NCBI RefSeq assembly: GCF_026210795.1
Contig: NC_089436.1
Location: 930,001 to 994,000 of the forward strand
DNA length: 64,000 bases
Origin: Rhizophagus irregularis
Lineage: Eukaryota
Direction: 5' to 3'
In this document: piece after piece, positions 1 to 12,363 of the stretch
Numbering within the stretch: the stretch's first letter is position 1
Layout: the number at the start of each line of letters is the position of its first letter
The notes under the pieces: generated by a model
Seen by the model: the letters and a program-made list of their open reading frames with translations, nothing else
Told to the model about the DNA's origin: nothing
Database searches by the model: none
Position numbers and translations under genes: made by a program

Positions 1-2
1 CG

Positions 3-746
3 AGTAAATATGAAGGTTTACGCTGCAGAAATACCAAAGTATCTCACACCTGGAAGGATAACATTGTATTTAAAAATGCTGCTTCATCTGAATTTGGTGA
101 TTCAATTCTTCGATATGTAAGTGAAGATAGTAATGGGTATTTTTTATGTTTACAATGTAAGTGGATATGGGGAAAAGATTTTCAGATTCCGTTGAAATTG
201 CCTGATTTCGTAGGTGAGCATAGAAAAAATTTAGCTACCTTAGAGAAGTGTGATTCTGAAGAGATTAAGAAGGAAAAGATTATTACTGTATTATTCACGA
301 CAAGAGCGATTGATCCTGAATTGACCTACGACTTCAGTTCTGCTATTCCTGATAATATTCTTCTTGTTTGCAGAGACAATTTTCATCAACACTTTGGTAG
401 GTTGTTCGCCTCCCGAGTTGATTTTGAATTATTGTCCGTCAACGCAAACTACACATGTCCAGATATCCTAACAAAAATCTTTAGTACAGAAATAAAAGAT
501 TCACCAGAGGCTTTGATGCTTAAACGACCATTTCACTCACCTGAGGATTTCAAAGATAGAGTAGCTTTCAATGATGGAGTAACTTTTGACAGTGATGAGG
601 GAATTAAGGCGAAGATTTGCAGGCTCTCATATGTTCCATTTCAAAAACATCAAGTTTCGCAAATTCAAGAGCTACCTGCGTTTGAGCGCAGGGTTTTCCC
701 GAGACTCGCGAATGAAGAAAGAATAAATTATCGTAATCTAGGATGA
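3..746 (+). CDS. 5'-partial Crinkler-like protein: PD-(D/E)XK (REase)-fold domain followed by a helix-hairpin-helix-like motif
   Basis: Frame is open from base 3. Translation gives FKNAASSEFGDSIL...FLCLQCKW (D...QxK nuclease-type motif), then VNANYTCPDILTKIF...LKRPFHSPEDF, resembling the ComEA-type HhH consensus (N.a...l...RPF.S.EDl). Family call is by motif recognition only. Confidence 0.55.
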   Translation, partial: SKYEGLRCRNTKVSHTWKDNIVFKNAASSEFGDSILRYVSEDSNGYFLCLQCKWIWGKDFQIPLKLPDFVGEHRKNLATLEKCDSEEIKKEKIITVLFTTRAIDPELTYDFSSAIPDNILLVCRDNFHQHFGRLFASRVDFELLSVNANYTCPDILTKIFSTEIKDSPEALMLKRPFHSPEDFKDRVAFNDGVTFDSDEGIKAKICRLSYVPFQKHQVSQIQELPAFERRVFPRLANEERINYRNLG

Positions 747-1286
747 CTCTAGTTATGATAAATTCACAAATTTTATTATTTGTTGTCACTGAAAGCAACG
801 TTATATTCATTAAATATGATTCCATATTGATAATTAAAATATTGTAATAAAGTAACATACGTTATTATTTTTGCGGTAATTAGAATTCCTGTATTGTATG
901 TTTGTCTATGTATGTGCATGCTTGCTTTTTTCGAATAATGTATTGTGTGATCAGACGTTCATACTTGCTTTCCATAAATATATATAAGAACCGCAAAAGT
1001 ATCGGACTTGACCCTCCGGTCAATTATGCATGTTTATGCATAACAAAAAATTGTATTTCTTGACCCGAAATGTGATAATCGATAATGTGATAAAACAAAA
1101 AAATAAATTAATTGAACAAACTTTCAACAAATTTTAATTTCACAATTTTGACATTTTTGGCATGAAAGTATTTAAAATTATGGTTAGACTTTTTATAATG
1201 AAAGGCTATGTATACAATTTTTTAATTATAGAATATAATATTTACAACGAAACATAATTATATACTTTTTTTTACATTTATATAAA

Positions 1287-1454
1287 TCAGCACCAACTAA
1301 TCTAAGAGAAATTAGATTTTTTGATGAATTTAATGTTTCTTTGGAAGTCTTGAAAGAATTCTTTGAAAAATGGAAAGGTCGTCCTACACTTTCTATACTT
1401 ACATCTAATTCTATTTATGAAGGAGAAGATAAAAGTAAGTTACAAGATTACTAA
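1287..1454 (+). pseudogene. Isolated C-terminal fragment of a Glomeromycotan F-box/LRR-type protein
   Basis: Translates as SAPTNLREIRFFDEFNVSLEVLKEFFEKWKGRPTLSILTSNSIYEGED, which I recognise as the C-terminus of an expanded F-box/RNI-like family. No upstream exons seen. Confidence 0.4.
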
Positions 1455-1585
1455 AAATGCTCTTGAGAAAATGTGTTGTTATCAGAAAAGTTGTTATCAG
1501 AAGCTTGATTAAATAAGAATAAGAATTGGATAACTCAATATGATTATTGTAGGAAAATTGAAAATTGACCGAGATCATTTGGAAT

Positions 1586-4341
1586 TAGGGATGCCAAAAG
1601 TTCGGTTATGACCGATCATAACCGGTTTTTACCGGTTCGGTTACGGTTCGGTTCCAGTCTAAAACCGACCGGTTAACCGACGGTTTTATATATAAAAAAA
1701 CCGATCAAAAAACCGATACTGCTAATTGATTATTAAATGACGATATATTACAAATTTGATACATATGATATTAAATAACTTGTTTTTATTATTCTGCGGA
1801 AATTATATAAGCTGTAAATCACTGCACCATTACTAAAATTAGTTTATTGGCTTATTTTCATATGCAAATGTTTTTTTGTAAAGTGCGCTTAAAAAAAAAA
1901 AAAATTTATTAAAATATTTTTATTCTTTTTTTAACAAATCATCAAAGTATCTATTTATTAATTTTTTTTGCCTAAATAATTGATTTTAAAATTAATGGAT
2001 AATTTTGATGTTGACTCAAACTATACTTCAGAAGATGAGAGTGAATATTCTTTTGGGAGTTCCTCTCAACACTCAGCGTATAGTTTAGAAATGCACAGAA
2101 ATGATATGATTTTAGATGATGATAATACAAATCAGCAGGAACTTGATGATGAGGAAAATGAAGATGATGAAAACCAAAGTAATAGAACGCCATCTGATGT
2201 ATGGGAGCATATAGATAAAGTAACAGATCCAGAAAAACCTAAATGTAAGATTTGTAATAAATTTTTTTCAGCAAAAAGTTCTACAACAACATTGCGAAAT
2301 CACATTAAAAAATATCACAAACATATTCATAGAGAAGCCAACCAAACAACTCTTAAATTTAAGGGCAACATTACTTCCTTTTATGATAAAGAAAAAAATG
2401 CTGAATTCGTTAAACTTCTTATTAAATGGATAGTAATTGACATGCTACCATTTTCTCTTGTTGATAGTGTTTATTTCAATGAATTTATACAAAAATTAAA
2501 TCCAAAATTTAGATGTCCAGGTCGTACTACATTAAAAAATGAAATAATGTCTGAATTTAAATCTAGGCGTGAACATATTGTTGATTTTGTTAAAGATATT
2601 CCAGGTCGTTGCTCAATTACAACTGATATATGGTCAAGTATTAAAAATGAAGCATTTATTGGAGTTACAATTCATTTTATTACTAATGAATGGAAGTTGA
2701 AGCATTTTACACTTGAAGTTTTGCGAATAACTGGTTCTCATACTGGAAATGCAATTTATGAAATTCTCAATAAACTTTTAGTAGATTTTGATCTCAAACA
2801 AAAAATTATATCCATTACTACTGATAATGGAAGTAATATGGTTGTGGCTTGTAGATTGTTAAAAAATGATTTTGACATTCAAACACCTGCATTAGATTTT
2901 ATTCATTCTCGTTGTATATGTCATATATTAAATCTTGCAGTAAATGCAGGATTAAAACATGTAGAAAATTTAATTAAGAAGTTAAGAAAAATAGTAAAAC
3001 GTGTTAGGAGAACCCAATTATATCTTGAGGAATTAGAAAGATTAGCAATTGCTGCTAATCATACATTTAAGCATCCAATTTTGGATGTTAAAACCAGATG
3101 GAATTCTGTATTCCTTATGGCTGAACGTGCATTAATTCTTAAGGATGACTTATTAATAATAAAATCTCGACATCAACCACTTCAGGATATTTGGCTTAAT
3201 GAAAGGGAATGGGAAAAAATTGAAGTAAGTGTTAATTTTTATAATAATTATTAAATTATTATTTTATATTTAATTATTAATTACAAGTTTTAATTTTAGC
3301 ATCTGGTTAATTTATTATCACAATTTCATATTGCTACAGCCGAACTTTCCACACAAACATATCCAACAATAGCATATGCAAGAGTAGTACTTTTAGGTTT
3401 ACTTGTTGATCTTAATGAAAATAGAGGTCATAACTATTCTCTTAGTGAAGTTCTTTTGGCAATCCGTAATAAAATTCAAGAATATTGGGCTCACATTGAT
3501 AAAATGACTCATGTTCCAGCATTTTTTGACCCAAGGTACAAAACAATTGCATACAAAAACTTGGAAATCAATGAGATTCTTGAACCCATTCGTAATAATT
3601 TTCCAGATTCAGCTTTAAGTAATTTGCCATCTAATAATAATGCATCTATATTTGTTCAACGTTTATCATCTGTACGTCAACAAAGAAATTCAAATACTGA
3701 TGAATTGTTAAAATACTGGGAATCAGCAGATGCAAGTTTTGATATAGAACCATTATCATGGTGGCATGCTCATTCAACAGAATACCCTATATTATCAAAA
3801 ATGGCCCAGAGTTATTTATCTGTACAAGCTTCTTCAGTACCTGTGAACAATTATTTTCTTTGGCTGGTAATGTGGTAAGTAAAAAAAGAAATAGGTTGGA
3901 TGAGGATACAACTAGGGCATGTTTGTGTTTAAGAAGTTGGATGATTGAAGGAATTGAATAACTTAAATATTTTAATTTAGTATAATGAATTTAAATATAT
4001 TAATTATATATAAGGAGTTTCAATATTTTCCAGCAAAAATTTACTAAATTTAAACATTATTAGCATTATTCATTTATTAACATTTATTAGTATTTTTTTT
4101 ATTGGTTTATTGACAATTATTTAGTTATTTTTTTTTGTAAAAATCATTAATAAAAAACTTTTAATAAGTTTAATGATATTGTTTATTAACGAATTATTAA
4201 TAAATCAATAAAATTTAAAATTCGGTTTTGTACCAGTTTTACGGTTCGGTTTTACCGGTCGGTTATGCGGTCAGTTCAGTTTTGGTTGAAAACCGCGGTT
4301 TTAAAACTGAAACCGAACCGAACCGACCGTTGGCATCCCTA
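1586..4341 (+). mobile_element. Full-length hAT DNA transposon (2756 bp)
   Basis: Perfect 12-bp TIR TAGGGATGCCAA (1586-1597 / 4330-4341), perfect 8-bp TSD TTTGGAAT (1578-1585, 4342-4349), ACCG/CGGT subterminal repeats, internal transposase. Confidence 0.97.
1995..3961 (+). pseudogene. hAT transposase (BED finger, DDE, dimerisation domain), one intron, frameshifted near the C-terminus
   Basis: Exon 1995-3224, intron 3225-3299 (GTAAGT..TTTAG), exon from 3300. Motifs VWEH..CKIC..LRNHIKKYH, TTDIWS, TTDNGSN, CICHILNL, TRWNS. The ASSVP-CEQLFS motif is split by a 1-nt loss at ~3841. Confidence 0.9.
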
Positions 4342-4349
4342 TTTGGAAT

Positions 4350-5990
4350 CGAAGGATAGACCAATTGATCTTGAGAAATATTGAAAGAGATATAATTACT
4401 ATTAGGAATCGCATTAGTTGAAGAGAATGTAGATTGTGAATAAATTGAAGTAGGGAGCAAAGTATTGATGTTTGTATAATAAGGAATATTATAAAGAGTA
4501 GGTTGAAGAGTTGGTTGTGAATTAAAAGATGGATTCAAATCAAAATTGATGTTGTACGAAGCAGGTAAATTAACATTAGGTACAGATGGTCCCAAATTAT
4601 TTTCATTATTCTTGTTATTCCGTTATCCTTAGCATTTTCCTGCAATTAAGATATTAGTGAAACAGTAGATTGGTTTTTATAATTTAAAAAATAATGATTA
4701 CCTTATATGAACGAATTTGTCTTCTAATTCGTTTTGTTTTTCTATGCTGAGTTGAAAAGGCTTCCTTATTTTCCTTATCTTCTTGTAAAATAGAATTACA
4801 TAAAATTCGTCGTGGTTTTGCAGAAGGTTTCGGCGGAGCTCCAATAGCATTAAAATCACGCTTATTGTTTAATTCTGAACAAAAAGGATCTCTATTTAAT
4901 TTCAATGGTTTATTATCTGGCCAAATTTTTTATAATAATTATTTTATATTTAAATATAAATAAAATATCATGAAAAGAAATGAATAATTATACCTTGAAG
5001 TTCAAATAATCTTAAAATTTTATTATAAGCCACATGAGTATCTCCTTCATAAATTAACTAGTTTTTATTTTCTGCAGAAATAACGCATTTCTTATTCTTA
5101 AATAATCATAAAGATTTTCTGCATTTAATGATTCTTTATATATTCTTGCTGCATGACAGTGCTTACCACATCCCAAAAAGATCCATTCCAAATACTGTAT
5201 AATCTAGGCATATTAAGCATTCTCCACTAAAAATATTTGTTAAATAATATCCTTCTAGTTCAGGAACTACACTATAATGATTCTTTGCAAACTTTTGATA
5301 AAGTGGATATAACTTTTCAATAATATTATCATCCATTTTCACAAAACTTCCAACGTATGATGATTCTAATACATTTAATTGATTATGTTTTTTTACATAA
5401 AAATAATTGTTGTTATTTGATGATTTTACGTATCCCATTAAGAAATAGAGTCACCCAAATTAAGTTATTTTAACTTGTCTGAAGAAATATGTTTTGATTG
5501 GTTTTCTTGTATGATAGTATTGATATAGTCAAATTAAATAAATGCTAATTAATAAATTTAAAATTAATTATAATTTATTTATTTGCTCAGCATCAAATAA
5601 AGTACTTAAACCAGCTTCAAAACTTGTTTCTCCGAACCTTTCAGTAATATTTGCTCTATTTAATTTTAGTCCATATAATCTTTCAATAAATTTACAACAG
5701 TTTTAATTCTGCTATGATTTGTTTCAATTGATTGATTCATTCTCTATGTGAAGTTATTAGTTGTCATTAAATTATCCTGTAAAGTTTGAGGAAATCTTCC
5801 AGTATCGAAAAAACCAAGTATCCACTCATCACTAATCCAATTATTATAATATCATTTATAATTTTTTGTTTTACATTATTAGCCAAATCTAAAGAATTTA
5901 CAAATTTCTTATATTCAATAGTTAATTCTTCACATTGTTTAATACTTCTAGCCAAGGTTCTTGTGCCACTAATAAAGTCAATCTTAAAGT
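4350..5990 (-). pseudogene. Decayed MULE-type transposase relic with SWIM-like zinc finger
   Basis: Minus strand gives MTTNNFT*RMNQSIE (~5770-5725; MULE TNN..E motif with GAG>TAG) and CLICLDY..WNGSF.DV.KHCHAA (~5225-5148, frameshifted). The low-complexity tail is interrupted by the hAT. Confidence 0.55.
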
Positions 5991-6917
5991 TTTTTTAGTA
6001 AAAATATTAAATTATTTGATTAAAAATTAATAGATTTATTTATTAGAATATGTATATTTAAAAATTGGTTAATATTTCATTTCTTCTTATCTGAATCACA
6101 AATTAATTTAAAAATCTAATTATTAAATAATATTATATACAGTTTTAAAATATTGAATTATTATTATAATAAAATTTTGAAAAATTCTTATATAAATAAA
6201 ATTTTAGATTTAAAACTATTTTAAATAATCTTAATAAAAAGTATTTCTATTTAATATCTATTTAAAATATACTTAATTTTTTATTTTATGCTTAAACTAA
6301 AAGTTAAATTTACACTTAAATTATATTTAATTTATATTTGAATTATATTTAATTTTTTTTTATTTCAGTATATTTTTAATATATTTTAAGTATAAAATAT
6401 AATTCAAATATATTTTAAATATATTTTAATAAAAATACTTTTTATAGGGATAAAAGTTTTTGTAATTATTATTATAATTGCTAATAACTTTAAAAATTAA
6501 ATAAAAATAAGCAAATTAATTTTCTAATTTAAAAATGAGTATATTTAATTTGAATTATAATAATTTTAGCCAGAATTATAAAAAGTTTTAAGTGTAAAAA
6601 AATGTATTTATATTTTACAAAATATAGTAATTAATAAAAATCAATAATTTTATTATTAATAATTTATAAATTATTTTGATACAACTAATTTCTTTTATAA
6701 TTATACCTCTTGAGACCGTCCAATAGTGTAATTATAATAAAGTATACTTATTAATGAAATTATATTTAGTATTCTTATATAAATAAATATAATTATATAT
6801 ATATATATTTGTCATAATGTAAAATATACTTAAAATTATTTATTTGTTAAAGATATTATAAAAATTTTGAAAAATAAAAACTTTTTCTACCACTGAATTT
6901 AAAGTGCAGACTATATA

Positions 6918-7262
6918 CTGTATTTTTCCAATATTAAGCACTCCTTTTTGCAGGGATTTTGTGTGAAAAGTTTAGGGGAGTGCTTAATTTCAACAGTTTA
7001 GAAAAATGCCTTTTAAACGTCTTTAAATTAATTTAAAATTCGTTTAAAAAAATTTTGCAAAAAAAAGTTTCAATAGTTAAATTCTTTTATTTGTAAATAT
7101 ATTTTTCAATAATAATGTAATCTTGTAATTTTTGTTTTTTTCAATAATATAATAAAATCAATAAGTAGTCGGAGAGGTGCTTATTTTCAGTTTATGCTTG
7201 ATATCGTGCAAAGTAAGGGGGGTGCTTAATTTCGGAAAATGCTTAATATTGGAAAAATACGG
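6918..7262. mobile_element. Tc1/mariner (pogo/Tc2-like) MITE
   Basis: TIR C(T/C)GTATTTTTCCAATATTAAGCA at both ends, TA on each side (6916-6917, 7263-7264), internal GTGCTTA repeats. Confidence 0.8.
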
Positions 7263-7292
7263 TACTTTATTGGTATTTCATTAAAGACTTTT

Positions 7293-7646
7293 TCTATTTG
7301 TACACTAGTATGCAAAACACGGATCACGTGTTTATCATACTTTCTGGTGATCTACATAAAAATTTCCTTTTTTGGAATTTTGTGTAATGAATTTTCATTT
7401 TTACTGAGAAGCAAAATTGCCCTTTTTTTGGATGTGTAACATTACTCCAGTTTCCAAAAATGGAAATTCAGGTAAATTTTGGCTGGAATTATAAATTTGG
7501 CCGAAATTATAGGGTGCGACATATAATATGTGACAATTAAGGGGTTTCTTACTGAAAAAAATCTAAGTCCCTAGAATGAATAATAAAAATGGAAAACTAG
7601 AAGGGTGTGACATGGGTGACAAATTAAAGTCACGTGAGCACACTAG
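7293..7646 (+). mobile_element. Probable non-autonomous Helitron
   Basis: 3' hairpin GTGAC-n8-GTCAC, then CACTAG|T. Shares AAAACAC..ATCACGTG, TTCCAAAAA.GGAAATT and GGCCG.AATTA blocks with the Helitron at 46613. 5' end uncertain. Confidence 0.45.
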
Positions 7647-8307
7647 TGTATTTTAAGAAATTTTCTTTATTAAATTATATAATTTATATATTTATACAAA
7701 AGTGTAATTATATTTATAGTTAATAAAATAATTATAAAAAAAATATTTTATATATATAAAAAAATTGGGACTAAAAATATATATTCTAAAAAAAAAAAAG
7801 TTTTTATATAAAAGATTTTTGTTTATAAAGAAGGGTTAACTGTAATATTTTTTTTAAAAATAAATAAAATAAATATAATTTTAATTAAAGAATTAAATAA
7901 AAAATATAAAATTTTAAATATTTTTAATAAATTTTTATTTTTCATTAATAATTTATAAATTTTATAAGAAATTTTAATTATAGTTGTATTGGTAAGACTA
8001 GCAGTAAATATCATTAAGTATATATGCTGTTCAAAGTATTTTAGGATGTCATAATTATAATTTGAGATGTTATAATTCATTTAGTTCATATATAATTTGT
8101 TATGTAAAATGCCAAAATAATATGGGATGCCATAATTGAATTTGGGATTTTACTTATAATTATAGCAGCCTAAAATAATTTAGATAATATATATATTATT
8201 AAGTATAGACTAAATTCTAACAGTAAATACTAAATATTATATAATAATTAAAATTCTATATATTTTAAAAAAATGCTAAAATATACAAATTAATTATTTT
8301 ATATAAT

Positions 8308-9002
8308 TAGGGCTTCGATTGGTTTCGGTATCAGAACGGTTTTGGTATTCTGATTTACTGAACCAAACCTTTTGGTAAATTTACTGATCAGTTTCAGTAA
8401 CTTTAGTTTTGGTATCGGTTTTGCGATTTACCAAACTGATTTACCGAACTGATATTTTCAGTATCAGTTTCAGTAAATTTTACTGATCATTTTGGTAAAT
8501 TTACTGAACTGATTTGCTGAACATTTCGTGACATTGATAAAAAATGTCGTGAAATGTTTTTTTTGACAATTTAATAAAAATGTTGCGAAACGTTTTTATT
8601 AGTTAATTTATTTAAAAAAAAATGTTTCGCAACATTTTTTTTTGATAATTTAATAAAAACATTGCGAAACATTTTTATTTGTTAATTTGATTAAAAAAAC
8701 ATTTTACAACGTTTTTTTTCAATAATTTAATAAAAACGTTGCAAAACGTTTTTATTAGTTAATTTAATTAAAAAAAAACGTTTTTGCACGTTTTTTTAAT
8801 AAAAAACATTGCGAAAACGTTAAAAACTGAACTGATAATGAATCGGTAAATCAGTTCAGTTTTCGGTATTTACCAGTCAGTTTCAGTATTGATGATTACT
8901 GAAACTGATTAGTTTCAGTAATTAATAATACTGATACCAATCAATTCAGTTCAGTTTCGGTTTTGGCAAAAACTATACTGAACTGAACCGATCAGAGCCC
9001 TA
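8308..9002. mobile_element. Non-autonomous hAT element (695 bp)
   Basis: Imperfect TIR TAGGGCT..GAT.GGTT, 8-bp TSD TATATAAT (8300-8307, 9003-9010), decayed ACCG-type subterminal repeats and internal AAAACGTT repeats. Confidence 0.85.
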
Positions 9003-9213
9003 TATATAATATAAAGATTTTTAGTATTATAAAATTTTTATATATTATAAAATTGTTTTATATTAGTTTATATATTTTATTATTAACTCAATTATATTAA
9101 CTCAATTATAATAATTTATTTATGAATATATGAGAGAACTTTTTTTGACGATTACTATGACCACTTTTTTCGCAGAATAAAAAATTTTACTTTTTATTAT
9201 TTTTTAGCGTAAA

Positions 9214-11026
9214 ATGTCTTAAGTGAGAAAATACAATATTAGATTTGACCTGGAAAAGGTCACCCAATGTTTTATTTTTGAAAAGAGTTATCTTGGAACA
9301 CTCAGTACTGTCCTTTAGAATATAAAAAATACTAATCCAACTGATATTCTTGAATATCACTGGTAAAAAAATGATTTATCCTACACATATCTTACACATA
9401 TTGGGTACTCAAAATGTAGAAAATCATACACAAATAATACACATATCATACACATATTGGGTACTAATATATATATCATACATATATCAGGTACCTGATA
9501 GGTATACTATATATATAAGTACCCGATATGTATATGATATGTGTATTATTTATGTATGATTTTCTACATTTTGAGTACCCGATATATGTAAGATATGTGT
9601 AGGATATGTGTAGGATAGACCATTTTTTTACCAGTGTATGTCAAACTTATTTTACCTGCCGATGAATACAACAGTATAGTATGGAAGACTTTGTTAAGAA
9701 CCACAAACTGTCTTTTAAAGAACTTGGTCTCAAGTCTGATTTACAACTGTCTACTTGCTATATATTCTCACTGACTTTACCGACGAGTTCATAGCTTACA
9801 TTAAAGAACATGTAAAGTATACTTTTCAAGAGCAAGTGGTGCAGTTAGAGTCAATAACAATGACCAATGATATGCTAGTATCATTACAGGCACAGCCAAT
9901 GGAAACAGAAATTTTTGAAAATGTTGAACGCCAATCAATGAATGTAGAACATGATGATCAAAATATTAAACACCAATCAGAGGACGTAATACCTGAATTT
10001 TCAACAAAAAACTCTATTAAGAGTTCCACAAAATTGAACGCTAAAGCCATACCTTATACCCAAAAGGAAAAGGATGAACTGTTACATTTGCAGAAATAGT
10101 CTCTAGGAATTTAGATGTAGGCAGCAACTGTGACACCTCCTAACTCCACCTGATAATAGGGCAAGAATTAATGTGATCAAGCGTACAGCATCAGATAGCA
10201 AGGCTCAGCTGGCTAAGAAGAAACAACAATGTGCTCCTCCAAAAGAAATACAATCAGTAATGACTGGATATGATCCAGTACTCAAGGATAATGTTCGGAA
10301 AATTACTTTATATGATATCCTTCCACCTGGGCTCAGCTCGAAATTCTCTAGCATCTTGAGAAATAGGGTTACATGATCACTTTCAAGACTAAACGTTAGA
10401 AGAAATATTTAACAGTCACTGTCTCAATTGATTTCAACGAGTGGGCTATGAACCTATGAAATCAAGGAGTCTGGACTACTTCTTTAGGAGGCCTTTCTGT
10501 TTAATGGTATCATACTAACTGGAATCTTTAACAAAGAAAGGAACGAGAATGATTTCAGGCTATAATGAAAGATTTACCTAAAAATATCACTACTTCAATG
10601 CTTTATCCCTCAAATCCTACCCAATCACCTTTATCCCATTTGGAATGCAAAACTTTCAAGATAGTTCAGGAGAAAAGTACCTGCAAGATCATCATGTATT
10701 ACAAAAATTGGGTAGATTTGGAAAAAATCATGAATACTAAGCTGAACTTGCAAGAATATGAAGGTGTTTGGACTAGGTACTTCTTGCCTCAACTATCTAA
10801 AAGTCGTAATCGATCACTAAAAAGTGACCGTAATCAAAAGCAGAATCAAGATTTGGCTGACAAGGTTGGATCAAAGACTACAAATAACAAGAATTAGAAG
10901 AGCAATCCTACCAGAAAAGAATTCAGAAACTATAGGAAACTGAAGAAAGGCTTAGATGGTGACGAAACTGGCAAACTTACACTATTAGTAGAAATCAGGT
11001 CGCTACTAAGAAGACTGGAACATTGA
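9214..11026 (+). pseudogene. Decayed ~510-codon ORF, ORF1-like putative nucleic-acid-binding protein
   Basis: ATG 9214; the frame continues across the CACTG MITE once it is removed (..DILEY|VKLILP..). ORF-track pieces at 9755, 10173 and 10565 are collinear. Basic C-terminus ends EIRSLLRRLEH*. Several stops and frameshifts. ORF1 role is inference. Confidence 0.55.
9358..9636. mobile_element. CACTG (CMC/EnSpm-type) fold-back MITE (279 bp)
   Basis: Termini CACTGGTAAAAAAATG / CATTTTTTTACCAGTG, 3-bp TSD TAT, nearly fully palindromic body. Confidence 0.9.
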
Positions 11027-12363
11027 CAGAATGACAATACCTTTCTTGAAGACTATGCAGGGCGAATGGAACACTATAGTAGAACTTCGTATTTGTAGAA
11101 TACTAATTTTTATTTTATTAGTTCACCTTTTTTTAAATTTTTTTTTTTACCCTGACTTTTTTGTTATTGCCCTTTTATTTCTTTTTGTGTTTGAGTTTGG
11201 GTTTCATCTGCAGTAGCAGTAAGTCCTTCAAGACACTCATAATGTAGACTGGAAGGATGGACTCCATCTAAGAAAGGACACCTTCAAGGTGGCACTTACT
11301 CCCTAGCCTAAGTCCTTCACTGACAGTGCACACATGGTTGCTTTGCCAAAGTTAGTGGGTGGTGTAATTCTTGCAGTAAATTAGGATTTCAATTAGTTAT
11401 ACGTATATTGTATTAGCTCGTCTTTTATAAATCTTAATAAAGAATTATATATGCTGCAGCAAAAAAAAAAAATAATAATAATTTATTTATTAAAATAATT
11501 CTAATATATATAAAATTTTTTTTTTAATAATAAAATTATAATAATAATATTATATAATTTTTTTTTATATTTATAGTTAATATAAAATATTTTATATTTT
11601 ACATAAATTTATATTTTATCAATCTAAAAAAATTCTAAATTATATAAAATTATAACTTTACTAAATTATACTACTAATACTTAATACTATAATATATAAT
11701 AATAATATTAATTTCCTGTCACACTAAGTGTCATTCATGATCACCTTCATACTAATTTTTAAAAATTGCAAGTGTTTAGCTGAGTTTATAAATGATCAGA
11801 AATCTTTGTTTAGTTATTTTCCAGCTTTATATAGATAGCCAGGAAATTACTAATTCTGGTTAAGTTTAAAATAGTTAATATTTAATGAATGACATGTTCT
11901 AGAGGATGAACATTAGGGATTTTATCTCTTTAGGAAAAAAATCCTATTATTTCCAACTTCCCATGAAATAAATAATACATATTTTTTCAAAAACTATAGT
12001 CTAAACTAAATAAATTATATTGTTTAATATACTTAAAATAATTAGAAAATTTATATATATTGCAAATATTTTTAGTTTTATAATATAAGATAATTAATAT
12101 GCTTACTGGATATATCTATTAGATGAATGTGATGATTTTAAAGAAATGGTTTATATATAAAATTCTATTTTTAATAAAGTTACTGCTTTTATGAAAGTAA
12201 TAAAAAAAAAGATAATTAGTTAATTGGAATCATATTAGTTTTTTTTTTTTGAATATAAAGAATTTGTTTTATCAAGATTTAACAAGAAGATATATATGCA
12301 AAGTGATACAGAATTTATATTTTAAAAAATATATAAAATATATCAATTCTTGTTAATACAATA

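Larger units (their letters stand above)
9124..11474 (+). mobile_element. Poly(A)-tailed retro-mobilised element without reverse transcriptase (unit 1)
   Basis: 16-bp TSD ATAATAATTTATTTAT (9108-9123, 11475-11490), AATAAA at ~11436, A-tract 11461-11472. Interior is more GC-rich than the flanks and holds one decayed intronless ORF. Confidence 0.75.

Noticed and set aside
6230..6450. AT-rich inverted repeat
   Set aside because: Probably an old MITE, but too degenerate and low-complexity to define TIR or TSD.
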